From a virus: 44,529 nt of DNA. Under the pieces are notes generated by a model that saw only the letters and a program-made list of their open reading frames with translations, had not been told where the DNA came from and searched no databases. Where the stretch lies: IMG/VR virus record IMGVR_UViG_3300022930_000005, positions 1 through 44,529 of that record; one strand, 5' to 3'. Position 1 is the first letter of the stretch. Each line of letters starts with the position of its first letter. Positions 31,082 to 39,403 of the stretch are shown here, piece by piece. The translations under genes were made by a program, and so were the position numbers.

Positions 31082-31105
31082 CGGGGCAACAGCAAGGGAG
31101 TTGAG

Positions 31106-31324
31106 ATGATGACTGAACAGCAGATCAAGTTCTTCAACCGCGTCGCCATCAAGATGGTGCCAGGCATGGACATGGAAACTGCAATGAAGGCGGTTCTTGC
31201 TGATGACCGCGCGGCCATTGCGAAGGTCCAAGGCATGGGTTCATATGACCGCGCTGCCTTTGATCAAAAGCTCTCCAAGCAAGTTTTCGCTTCGATCCAT
31301 ATGAGGGAGGCTCTCGCAGCATGA
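31106..31324 (+). CDS. hypothetical protein (72 aa)
   Basis: SD AAGGGAG lies 5 nt upstream. First gene after the boundary region. Confidence 0.6.
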   Translation: MMTEQQIKFFNRVAIKMVPGMDMETAMKAVLADDRAAIAKVQGMGSYDRAAFDQKLSKQVFASIHMREALAA

Positions 31325-31488
31325 CCCCCAACGCCAGATATCAGGCCAAGTACCGCGAGCGCTATGTGCGGCGGGGAAACGCGCTTGAGGCAATCCTTGT
31401 GTTGATTGGTCGGGGGCATTCAGTTGAGGATATTCGGCTCGTTGCTGAGGCTGGGTTGGCTAAGGATGTGGCGGGTGGGGAGGGTTGA
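31321..31488 (+). CDS. micro-ORF (55 aa): MTPNARYQAKYRERYVRRGNALEAILVLIGRGHSVEDIRLVAEAGLAKDVAGGEG
   Basis: Not in the track. ATGA overlap upstream. Confidence 0.45.
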   Translation: MTPNARYQAKYRERYVRRGNALEAILVLIGRGHSVEDIRLVAEAGLAKDVAGGEG

Positions 31489-31501
31489 GGTGAACGAGAT
31501 A

Positions 31502-31726
31502 ATGGACGATGCTTCGCAGTACGATATGCGCGAGGCGATGGGTCTTAGCTGCTTCAGCCTGGAGTTTCTGACGCGGTTCAATCCGTTCATGCTGCCCACT
31601 CACAGGCTCAACCGTGAGACGGGGCTATACGATCGCTATGACTGGTTGAAGAATTTGCCGCCCTACGTTTTGGAGGCTGAGTTAGATATACCTCCGCCGC
31701 TCGGTCCGAACTTTGAAGGAGAATGA
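31502..31726 (+). CDS. hypothetical protein (74 aa; alternative GTG 31490)
   Basis: GGGGAGGG lies upstream. The track ORF's earlier part overlaps the previous micro-ORF. Confidence 0.5.
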   Translation: MDDASQYDMREAMGLSCFSLEFLTRFNPFMLPTHRLNRETGLYDRYDWLKNLPPYVLEAELDIPPPLGPNFEGE

Positions 31727-31728
31727 TG

Positions 31729-31974
31729 ATGGAAGCGAAAGACCCGCTGTTTCTCAAATGCCTCGCATTCATCCGTGAAATATCTGAAGGCGAGTGGACG
31801 GACCAGATCGAAAATGGGGATGCTAAAAAGCTTGAAGCTTTTGTCCGGGGCATTCTTTCGGATGATCCGCCTGACCTCAAAGCCGACCAAGCCCTGCGCG
31901 AGAACGCCGACCTGCGCGAACGGGTGCTGAGGCTGGAGCGGGCGGTTAGTGCGTTGCAGGGGAGGTATCAGTAA
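31729..31974 (+). CDS. hypothetical protein (81 aa)
   Basis: GAAGGAGAATGATGATGGAAG: the third ATG (31729) has 7-nt SD spacing. Lower GC than its surroundings. Confidence 0.55.
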   Translation: MEAKDPLFLKCLAFIREISEGEWTDQIENGDAKKLEAFVRGILSDDPPDLKADQALRENADLRERVLRLERAVSALQGRYQ

Positions 31975-31997
31975 GTTTCAACCGAAGGAGAATGACG

Positions 31998-32249
31998 ATG
32001 GAAGATGAAACGATGGGAATGAGTTTAGCCGCAATCCTTCGCGCGCAGCCCGATCCGCAGTGGCAGGCGGAACAGCGTGCGCGCGAAGAGGCGTATGAAA
32101 AGCAGCAGGCCGAGCGGTTTGCGGCTGAACTTCGCACCACGGCGCTGCAATTTGCACTCGCTGCCCAGCATGGCGCGACCGAGCGCACGGAAGATACTAT
32201 CGCCGCAGCGGCCAAGTTCGAAGCGTTCTTGGCTGGCATCCCAATCTGA
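31998..32249 (+). CDS. hypothetical protein (83 aa)
   Basis: GAAGGAGAATGACGATGGAAG: ATG 31998 has 7-nt SD spacing. Confidence 0.55.
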   Translation: MEDETMGMSLAAILRAQPDPQWQAEQRAREEAYEKQQAERFAAELRTTALQFALAAQHGATERTEDTIAAAAKFEAFLAGIPI

Positions 32250-32313
32250 CCAGGCAACCCGCCGCTCGGTCCCATCTTGACCTTGCGGCAGGAATGGGGG
32301 TAGAAACTGCACC

Positions 32314-32460
32314 ATGCCCATCGCCCTCATCCTCCTTGTCGCCGCGTTCGTGCTGTTCGTGATCGATGCTTTCACAGTGCAGTCCAGGTTCAACCTCACT
32401 GCTGCGGGGCTGGCTTGTGTGGCGGCGTTCTTCATCCTTACGCATGGGATGGTTGGTTAG
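32314..32460 (+). CDS. micro-ORF, 2 TM (48 aa): MPIALILLVAAFVLFVIDAFTVQSRFNLTAAGLACVAAFFILTHGMVG
   Basis: Not in the track. Third positions are strongly GC-rich. Weak SD. Confidence 0.45.
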   Translation: MPIALILLVAAFVLFVIDAFTVQSRFNLTAAGLACVAAFFILTHGMVG

Positions 32461-32489
32461 GGTGGCGTCGAAAGTAGACGAGGCTAGAC

Positions 32490-32780
32490 GTGGCAAAGGG
32501 CGTTAAGACCGGCGGGCGCATAGCGGGCACTCCGAACAAGGCTACAGCCGATCTCAAAGGCTTAGCCAGGGAATATACCCAAGAGGCCCTAGATGGCCTT
32601 GTGCGCGTTCTGCGGAGCAGCGAGAGCGACCAAGCCCGAGTAGCCGCTGCCAATTCCATCCTTGATCGCGGCTACGGCAAGGCGTCGCAAGTCCTGTCGG
32701 GCGATGAGGACGGCGGGCCCATAAAGACCATCACCCGCATCGAGCTAGTGGCGCCAGAGCTTGTCGATAGCGAGGGTTGA
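32490..32780 (+). CDS. putative terminase small subunit (96 aa)
   Basis: GTG start. GGRIAGTPNKAT...RVAAANSILDRGYGKA resembles small-terminase families ending in ..A...lLDRGyGKp. It lies directly upstream of, and overlaps, terL. Confidence 0.45.
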   Translation: MAKGVKTGGRIAGTPNKATADLKGLAREYTQEALDGLVRVLRSSESDQARVAAANSILDRGYGKASQVLSGDEDGGPIKTITRIELVAPELVDSEG

Positions 32781-34074
32781 GCTTCCCCCTAAGCTAATCC
32801 CGGTGTTCTCAGGCGCTGCCGACACTAGGGGCGCATACGGTGGCCGGGGAAGCGCCAAGACCCGCAGCTTCGCGATGATGACGGCGGTACGGGCGCACAT
32901 GTGGGCGCAGGCTGGCGAAGAGGGTGTGATCCTGTGCGGGCGCCAGTACATGAACTCACTGGCGGACAGCTCGCTTGAGGAAATCAAGGCTGCGATCCGG
33001 TCGCAGGAATGGCTGGCCCCGCATTTCGACATCGGCGAGAAATACATTCGCACCGCCGACAAGCGTATATCCTACGTGTTCGCTGGCCTCGATCGCAGCA
33101 TCGCCAGCGTCAAGTCAACGGCCCGCATCAAGCTGGCCTGGGTCGATGAAGCCGAGCCGGTAATCGAGACGGCATGGTCAACGCTGATACCGACCCTGCG
33201 CGAAGAGGACAGCGAGCTGTGGATAACGTGGAACCCGGAGAGCAAACGCAGCGCGACGCATAAGCGATTCCGCGAGGCACATGATCCGCTGATGAAGATC
33301 GTGGAACTCAACTGGCGCGACAACCCGTGGTTTCCGAAGATCCTTAAACGCAAGCGGTTGAAGGACCAACGCGAACGCCCCGACAGCTATGACCACATTT
33401 GGGAGGGTGATTTCGTCACCGTGGTTGAAGGCGCGTACTTCGCCAAGAATTTGAGCGAGGCACGGACCAAGGGCCGCATCGGGCCAATCCAGCCAGACCC
33501 GTTGATGCGCTACCTCACGTTTTGGGACATCGGGGGGACTGGCCTGCGCGCCGATGCTCGAACGATATGGGTTGCTCAGTTCATCGGGCCGCATATCCGC
33601 GTAATCGATTACCGCGAGACGGTGGGCCAGCCGCTGTCCGCCGACGTCAACTGGCTGCGCGAAAATGGCTATGGCAAGGCGATCTGCGTCCTGCCGCACG
33701 ATGGCTCGACCAACGACCGGGTGCACGATGTCAGCTATGAAAGCGCGCTGCGAGCTGCTGGCTTTGAAGTGGCCGTGATAAAGAACCAGGGCAGGGGTGC
33801 GGCGATGCTCCGGGTTCATGCCGCGCGCCGCCTGTTCGCTAATATTTACTTCAACGAGGAAAAGTGCAAAGCAGGGCTTGAAGCGTTGGGCTGGTATCAC
33901 GAGAAGAAGGACGAAGCGCGCGGTATTGGTCTAGGGCCGGAACATGATTGGGCCTCACATGGTGCCGATTCCTTCGGGTTGATGTGCGTGGCGTTCGAGA
34001 TGCCGACCGACGACCGAGGCGACGAGGACGACGAACACGAAACGCGCGGGCGTTCCTCTATCACGGGGTATTAG
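32761..34074 (+). CDS. terL: terminase large subunit (437 aa)
   Basis: Walker A is YGGRGSAKTRS and Walker B is KLAWVDEAE. A C-terminal nuclease-like region (VLPHDG...HGADSF) is present. TTG 32761 is the only in-frame start upstream of the P-loop. Confidence 0.9.
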   Translation: MSIARVELPPKLIPVFSGAADTRGAYGGRGSAKTRSFAMMTAVRAHMWAQAGEEGVILCGRQYMNSLADSSLEEIKAAIRSQEWLAPHFDIGEKYIRTADKRISYVFAGLDRSIASVKSTARIKLAWVDEAEPVIETAWSTLIPTLREEDSELWITWNPESKRSATHKRFREAHDPLMKIVELNWRDNPWFPKILKRKRLKDQRERPDSYDHIWEGDFVTVVEGAYFAKNLSEARTKGRIGPIQPDPLMRYLTFWDIGGTGLRADARTIWVAQFIGPHIRVIDYRETVGQPLSADVNWLRENGYGKAICVLPHDGSTNDRVHDVSYESALRAAGFEVAVIKNQGRGAAMLRVHAARRLFANIYFNEEKCKAGLEALGWYHEKKDEARGIGLGPEHDWASHGADSFGLMCVAFEMPTDDRGDEDDEHETRGRSSITGY

Positions 34075-34079
34075 ACGTA

Positions 34080-34247
34080 ATGTCGGGCGATCGGTTTAGG
34101 ACATTAGAAGTGAATACTTCACAATGGCACCTTGAGCCGTGGCTTGAGGAAAACGTGCCCGAAGGCTGGGTGATTGTGAGTTGGACCGTGGACCCGAAAA
34201 ACCCTTGGAACATCACGCTGGTCATCCGCAACGGGATAGACGGCTAG
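34080..34247 (+). CDS. hypothetical protein (55 aa), lower GC
   Basis: ATG 34080 is internal to track ORF 33948..34247, whose upstream part overlaps terL. Confidence 0.45.
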   Translation: MSGDRFRTLEVNTSQWHLEPWLEENVPEGWVIVSWTVDPKNPWNITLVIRNGIDG

Positions 34248-34272
34248 TCCGGCAAGCTCTAGGAGGACACGC

Positions 34273-34422
34273 ATGAAGCAGTTCGACAACGCCGCATTCG
34301 AGAAAGCCGCCGCTGCAATGCAAGGGCTTTTGCGGCCCGAAATCGATCCGGTGAATTTCAGGGGCTGGTTTCTGAGGCGAGCTGTTGCAGACGACCGTTG
34401 GTATATCGGAGCTAAACCATGA
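34273..34422 (+). CDS. micro-ORF (49 aa): MKQFDNAAFEKAAAAMQGLLRPEIDPVNFRGWFLRRAVADDRWYIGAKP
   Basis: Not in the track. SD AGGAGGA 34261-34267. The stop overlaps the next ATG (ATGA). Confidence 0.5.
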   Translation: MKQFDNAAFEKAAAAMQGLLRPEIDPVNFRGWFLRRAVADDRWYIGAKP

Positions 34423-34610
34423 AAATTTCATTCGACGGCAAGAGCGGCGCAGGCTTCCACAACCAGGGCCTGGCCGAAATGACGGTCCGCACCATGATCG
34501 AGCGCGCCAAGGCGGAACTCGGCATGCGCGAAGTCGTCGGCGAGGATAAGCTATCCTACCCGAGCGACGGCAAGCGGACCTTCATCAAGGGTTCGGTGAG
34601 CTTCGATTGA
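34419..34610 (+). CDS. hypothetical protein (63 aa)
   Basis: Coupled to both neighbours. Confidence 0.55.
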   Translation: MKISFDGKSGAGFHNQGLAEMTVRTMIERAKAELGMREVVGEDKLSYPSDGKRTFIKGSVSFD

Positions 34611-36556
34611 TGGAAGAACTCGCGCTGCCCGAAGACGCCGCCGTAATCGTCGAGGACGTACCAGCGGAACTGTCGGCGCGTGACAAGCTGATCACGTTGG
34701 CACAAATGGCTGGCGACATCAGCCATATGCTGTCCGATAGCGACCTAACCGACATCGGTCGCAAAGTCGTTGACGGCTACAATCAGGACAAGACCGACCG
34801 CTCGGAGTGGGAAGAGACGGTCAAGGAGGCGCTGAAGGCCGCGAGCCAGGAAGCCAAGGGCGAGACCAAGACCTATCCTTGGCCGAACGCCGCCGACATT
34901 AAATACCCGCTGCTGACAGTCGGCGCGCTCCAGTTCAATGCCCGCGCTTACCCAGCGGTCGTCAAGGGCGATGAAGCCGTGTCGGTGAAGGTCATCGGCA
35001 AGGACAGCGGCCAGCAACAGCAGCAACAGCCCGCCATGCCGGGAATGCCGCCAGCGCCGCAAGAGGGGCCGCAGCAGGGCGCGAAGTCCAAGCGCGCTGC
35101 CCGCGTCCGCGACTACATGAACACCACCGTGTTCTACCGCATGGACGATTGGGAGGAGGACACCGACGCGCTGTTGCTGCAACTCCCCATCGTCGGCTGC
35201 GTGTTCCGCAAGGTGTTCTATGATTCCCGCGCCGACATGCAGCGCAGTGCGATGGTCCCCGCTTTACGCCTCCTCGCTCCCAAGGGCGCCAAGAGCTGCA
35301 AGACCGCGCCGCGCCTGACCGAGGAAATCCCCGACGTATTCCCGATCGACATCATCGAGCGCATCCGCGACGGCTTTTACCGCGACGTGGATCTGTATGC
35401 CGGCGAAGAGGGGATCGACGCCACGCACGACGAAAACCCGCGCATGTTGCTGGAGCAGCATCGGTTGCTCGACATGGACGATGATGGCCTGCCCGAGCCG
35501 TACATCGTGACGGTGGATTTCAACACGGCGCAGGTGCTGCGTATCGAGCCGAATTTCTCTGTGGACGCGGTGAAGTTCGACGGTGAACGCGCGCTCCGGA
35601 TCGAGCCGAATCAATTCTACGTGAAGTACGACTTCTTCCCGCACCCCGAGGGCAAGTTCTACGGTATTGGTCTGGGGCATCTGCTCAAGCAAATCGGCGG
35701 CGTGATCAACACGGCCATCAACCAGATGATCGACGCTGGTACGGCTGCGGTTGCTGGCGGCGGCTTCGTGGCATCGGGCGTGCGGCTCACCGGTTCACGT
35801 CGTAGCGGCAACCTCCGCTTCCTCCCCGGCGAGTACAAAACCGTCGATGCCACCGGCGACCAACTGCGCAACGGCATCGTTGAGCGCACGTTCCCGCAAG
35901 CATCGCCGATCATGTTCCAGGTGCTGGAGATGATGCTCGGCGCGGCCAAGGATATCTCCTCGGTCAAGGACGTGATCACCGGCGACGCATCGAACAATGG
36001 GCAGGTTGGCACGACTCTGGCGCTGATCGAGCAAGGCTTGCAGGTGTTCACCGCTATCTACAAGCGGACCTATCGCGCGCTGAAAGCCGAGTTCACGCTG
36101 CTCTATACCAACATGGGCCGTTACGCGACGGACGCGGTGAAGGAGGACTATCGCAACGTCCTCGACGATCCGGAAGCGGACTTCGATGCCGACTTCCGCG
36201 CATCGGACATGGATATTCGCCCGGTGTCCGATCCTTCGTCCGTCACTCGGATGCAGGCGCTTGCCCGCGCGCAGTTCCTGATGCAGTTCGTTGCGGCTCC
36301 CGGTGTCAATCCGCAGGCGATCATCCGTCGTGTATGGGAAGCGGCGGACGTGGAGGACATTGACGAACTACTAATGCCACCCGCACCCGAGCAGCCGAAC
36401 CCCAAGGACGTGGCCGACGCGCACAAGGCGGAAGCTGGCGCGGCGCTCGACATGGAGCGCGCCGCGACTGAGAAAGCCAAGCGCGAGCAGATGCAGTTGC
36501 AGACGCTCGCCGAAGCGTTTCAGGGCGGGCATAAGGTCGGGCAGATGGCGGCATGA
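34607..36556 (+). CDS. portal protein (649 aa)
   Basis: Size and position after terL fit a portal. TYPWPNAADIKYPLLTVGALQFNARAYPAVV is a podovirus portal-type motif. Contains a Gln/Pro low-complexity insert. Confidence 0.75.
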   Translation: MMEELALPEDAAVIVEDVPAELSARDKLITLAQMAGDISHMLSDSDLTDIGRKVVDGYNQDKTDRSEWEETVKEALKAASQEAKGETKTYPWPNAADIKYPLLTVGALQFNARAYPAVVKGDEAVSVKVIGKDSGQQQQQQPAMPGMPPAPQEGPQQGAKSKRAARVRDYMNTTVFYRMDDWEEDTDALLLQLPIVGCVFRKVFYDSRADMQRSAMVPALRLLAPKGAKSCKTAPRLTEEIPDVFPIDIIERIRDGFYRDVDLYAGEEGIDATHDENPRMLLEQHRLLDMDDDGLPEPYIVTVDFNTAQVLRIEPNFSVDAVKFDGERALRIEPNQFYVKYDFFPHPEGKFYGIGLGHLLKQIGGVINTAINQMIDAGTAAVAGGGFVASGVRLTGSRRSGNLRFLPGEYKTVDATGDQLRNGIVERTFPQASPIMFQVLEMMLGAAKDISSVKDVITGDASNNGQVGTTLALIEQGLQVFTAIYKRTYRALKAEFTLLYTNMGRYATDAVKEDYRNVLDDPEADFDADFRASDMDIRPVSDPSSVTRMQALARAQFLMQFVAAPGVNPQAIIRRVWEAADVEDIDELLMPPAPEQPNPKDVADAHKAEAGAALDMERAATEKAKREQMQLQTLAEAFQGGHKVGQMAA

Positions 36557-36783
36557 CGTGGAGTGTAGAGGTAAACCTAGACCAAGATGCTTTAGTGCTT
36601 CGGTCTGGCAATCGTAGGGCGTTCTTTGCCCGGGTCGATGTCATTAGTTTGCCACTGTACGCAAGCTTGCCTAGTGATCCATTGCAAAAACTCTCAATAT
36701 TAATCCGCCAAGGCCTTCGCCCCTACCGTGTTGACGGTATCGCGCTTCCAGCACAGGAACTCCATATCGAGGACTTCGCGTGA
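36553..36783 (+). CDS. hypothetical protein (76 aa), lower-GC patch
   Basis: ATGA overlap with the portal gene. Codon style is atypical. Confidence 0.45.
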   Translation: MTWSVEVNLDQDALVLRSGNRRAFFARVDVISLPLYASLPSDPLQKLSILIRQGLRPYRVDGIALPAQELHIEDFA

Positions 36784-37034
36784 CCCGCGACGATTTCGAT
36801 ACTTGGCTAGCCGACCCCGTAACGCGCTGGGTGTTCGATGGCATCCGAAACGCGCAGGCGCAGGAAAAGGCGGAATGGATACGCTTGTCATGGGATGCTG
36901 CGCCGCCAAACGGTGTCGTCTCGCCAGTCGCGCTGATCGAGCTGCGCACGCGACATGACGCGCTCGGGGACATGATCGAAAACACCTACGAAAACTGGAG
37001 CGAGTGGAATGGCGACGAACCCGGCGACGAGTGA
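36780..37034 (+). CDS. hypothetical protein (84 aa)
   Basis: GTGA overlap start. No motif recognised. Confidence 0.5.
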   Translation: MTRDDFDTWLADPVTRWVFDGIRNAQAQEKAEWIRLSWDAAPPNGVVSPVALIELRTRHDALGDMIENTYENWSEWNGDEPGDE

Positions 37035-37338
37035 CAACCCGAGCGGCATCCAGCCGATCGCGGGGTTCATGATCGTGCGCCTCGCTATGAGCGAAACCGA
37101 GAGCCGCCTAAAAGCGTCGGGCCTCGTTATGCCCGACGAAATCCGGGAGCGCACGCACGAGGCATCCATGGCCGGCGAAGTTCTGGCGGTGGCGGATGAT
37201 GTCCGCTATGGCATCGTACCCGGTGACCGCATCGTTTTTGGGCGCTATGCAGGAACCACCGTAAAGGGTATGGACGGCGAAGATTACCGCATGGTTCAGG
37301 ACGACAACGTGAAGGGCATCTATCATGGCGTTGGTTGA
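37009..37338 (+). CDS. GroES-like co-chaperonin (Cpn10 fold, 109 aa)
   Basis: IQPIAGFMIVRLAMSETESRLKASGLVMPDE...AGEVLAVADD...IVPGDRIVFGRYAGTTVKGMDGEDYRMVQDDNVKGIY aligns by eye with E. coli GroES [25 protein letters not shown]...RGEVLAVGNG...VKVGDIVIFNDGYGVK...EEVLIMSESDILAIV. Confidence 0.7.
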   Translation: MATNPATSDNPSGIQPIAGFMIVRLAMSETESRLKASGLVMPDEIRERTHEASMAGEVLAVADDVRYGIVPGDRIVFGRYAGTTVKGMDGEDYRMVQDDNVKGIYHGVG

Positions 37339-38203
37339 TTCTCACGTTTATTTCGGCGGGGCCAAGCTGGCCTCCACGCTGGATACCGATACCGGCATCA
37401 ACACGCTCAAGACATCAGGTGGTGGGGGCGGCGGTGCAGCGACGATCGCCAATGGTGCGGACGCAACGCAAGGCAACACCGCAGACGCCCCGTACAGCGA
37501 TGCCACCGGCGCCACTCCCGGCACGAACAATTCGATTGAAAAGGGCCTGTATGTCGCGATGCGCGGCACAGGCGCCAACGCGCAGAACGTGCAGGGCGCT
37601 GTTGCGCAGGCTTCTACCACATCGGTCGGCATCCTGCCCACGGCCCTATACGGCAGCTCGACCGCGCCAACGGCAGTCACCGCCGGCCAATGGGCCCGAC
37701 CATGGGGATCCCTGAACGGCGCGACTGCTACCTTCTTGGCGGATAGCGCGGGCAACCTTGTCGGCGCAGCGTTGGTCAGCGTAGACAGCATCGCTGCCAC
37801 TACTCGCGCTCTGGCGGTGCAGAGCTTCAGTAACCGCTTCAACGGCGCGACATGGGACCGTGAACGCAAGTACAGCGGTAAAAGCCGCATTGTTTCGACC
37901 GCAGCCGGGGGTAGCCCTACCGTGGCAAAGGCGAGCGCCGCTGACTTGGGTGGTGCAGCAGGCCAGAACGGCGCGGCAATTACGTACTTGCAGTTCTACG
38001 ATACCGCGACCACCCCGGTTGTCGGGACCACTGCCATCGTCCTGACGTTCCCGATCCCGGCCAACGCGGCATTCTCCACCCCTTCGGCGTGGGCGCAAAC
38101 CTATTTCGGCAGCGGTCTGGCCTATGCCTTTACCACCGACGCCGCAGGCACCACTGGTGCAGCTGCGGCTGCGGTCACCGCTTTCAGCATGAATTTCGCT
38201 TAG
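37325..38203 (+). CDS. Gly/Ala/Thr-rich structural-module protein (292 aa)
   Basis: Contains SGGGGGGAATIANGADATQGNTADAP. Location is in the head/tail module. Function unknown. Confidence 0.5.
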   Translation: MALVDSHVYFGGAKLASTLDTDTGINTLKTSGGGGGGAATIANGADATQGNTADAPYSDATGATPGTNNSIEKGLYVAMRGTGANAQNVQGAVAQASTTSVGILPTALYGSSTAPTAVTAGQWARPWGSLNGATATFLADSAGNLVGAALVSVDSIAATTRALAVQSFSNRFNGATWDRERKYSGKSRIVSTAAGGSPTVAKASAADLGGAAGQNGAAITYLQFYDTATTPVVGTTAIVLTFPIPANAAFSTPSAWAQTYFGSGLAYAFTTDAAGTTGAAAAAVTAFSMNFA

Positions 38204-38213
38204 GACAACGATC

Positions 38214-38651
38214 ATGGCGCTTTGGCACTTCCTCGATAAGAACGGCAAAGGTTTTGCGTGGGATGAATCCGGCGCGACCGTGAGCAGCTTCGACGATGGC
38301 GCAGATTATCTGCCAAGCGAGCCTGAGTTTTCGCGGGAATCTGCGGACGCAAAGGCCGTCGCGCTCGGCAAGGGCATCACCGCCGAATATAGCGGCACGC
38401 CTGGCTATCACGCGCGGATCGAGCGTGAGCAGGAAGCCGCTGCAACGCGCGTAGTGCAGCAGCGCGAGAAAGAGGCGGCGGCGGCACGCAAGGCGCGGGC
38501 GGAAGCTGAATTAGACGCCATGCTCAACCCGCCGACTGTCGCCGACGAGGTCAACGCGCGCTTTAATGCGATGCTTGCCATGCTACCGGATCGCGGCGAG
38601 GACATCGAAAAGCTGCGCAAGGCAGCGCTTGAGGAATCGCAGGAGGGCTAG
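38214..38651 (+). CDS. hypothetical protein with a charged helical C-terminus (145 aa)
   Basis: Contains REQEAAATRVVQQREKEAAAARKARAEAELDA. Confidence 0.55.
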   Translation: MALWHFLDKNGKGFAWDESGATVSSFDDGADYLPSEPEFSRESADAKAVALGKGITAEYSGTPGYHARIEREQEAAATRVVQQREKEAAAARKARAEAELDAMLNPPTVADEVNARFNAMLAMLPDRGEDIEKLRKAALEESQEG

Positions 38652-39179
38652 ATGGGCTGGTTTCGTGATTTCAGCGATGTTTTCTCGCGTATCTCCGCGC
38701 TGGAAAACGTCCCTTCCATCTACGTAGGCGGCACGAACACCTCGCCTATCACGGTCGTGGCGCTGCTTAGCACCTATCCGGCGAGCGCTACGTATCTCAA
38801 CAACTACGCCCGCGTAACGGACCTGTACGGCTCGGTTGACGACATCATGCGGTGCCGCTTCGATGGCGCGAACTATCGTTGGGTCCCGCAGCGTACCGAC
38901 TTCAACGGAACGACGGCAGCGACAACCGGGTCCGTCACCATTACCCCGCTGGTGACGCCGCCAACCCTGCGCGGTGTCGGCAACTTGCTGGGGAATGTGA
39001 CGTTCACACCGTCAGCGACCAACGCCTATATCGGGCAACGCCAGCGCATCATCATGACCGGCTCGTTGGGGATTTTCACCTCCACGATTACGGGGCTGCT
39101 AGGGTCGAACTTGACGCTGCTCGGGAACAGCGCGAAGACGATAGAATACGCCGCTACTGGCTGGTTTTCCGCAGACTAA
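38652..39179 (+). CDS. hypothetical structural-module protein (175 aa)
   Basis: The ATG directly abuts the upstream TAG. Thr/Gly/Asn-rich and beta-like. Confidence 0.55.
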   Translation: MGWFRDFSDVFSRISALENVPSIYVGGTNTSPITVVALLSTYPASATYLNNYARVTDLYGSVDDIMRCRFDGANYRWVPQRTDFNGTTAATTGSVTITPLVTPPTLRGVGNLLGNVTFTPSATNAYIGQRQRIIMTGSLGIFTSTITGLLGSNLTLLGNSAKTIEYAATGWFSAD

Positions 39180-39189
39180 GGAGGTTCCA

Positions 39190-39354
39190 ATGCAACCGAT
39201 TGTCACCGTGGAATGCATCGATACGCTTGATCCCAAGGTTGTGCGTGTGACCATCACGCTCAACGGCACCGTGATTTACGTGCTGGATATTCCGCAGCCA
39301 GTCTACAATCCCATTGGCCTGCTCAACGGCTGGCCCACAGACCCGTGCGGCTGA
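39190..39354 (+). CDS. micro-ORF (54 aa): MQPIVTVECIDTLDPKVVRVTITLNGTVIYVLDIPQPVYNPIGLLNGWPTDPCG
   Basis: Not in the track. Strong SD AAGGAGG 39178-39184 lies 5 nt before the ATG. Confidence 0.55.
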   Translation: MQPIVTVECIDTLDPKVVRVTITLNGTVIYVLDIPQPVYNPIGLLNGWPTDPCG

Positions 39355-39403
39355 AATTAGACGTTGACCCGATAGTCGGGTCGCAAAACCTAGAAAGGGC
39401 CAT

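Noticed and set aside
30837-31109. Track ORF of 90 aa whose ATG overlaps the upstream stop (ATGA)
   Set aside because: Third codon positions are AT-rich, unlike genuine genes here. The peptide is odd and repeat-driven (RCGKCGG...WVVWQG). The segment is fully explained by a hairpin, iterons, a palindrome and a promoter. I treat it as non-coding.
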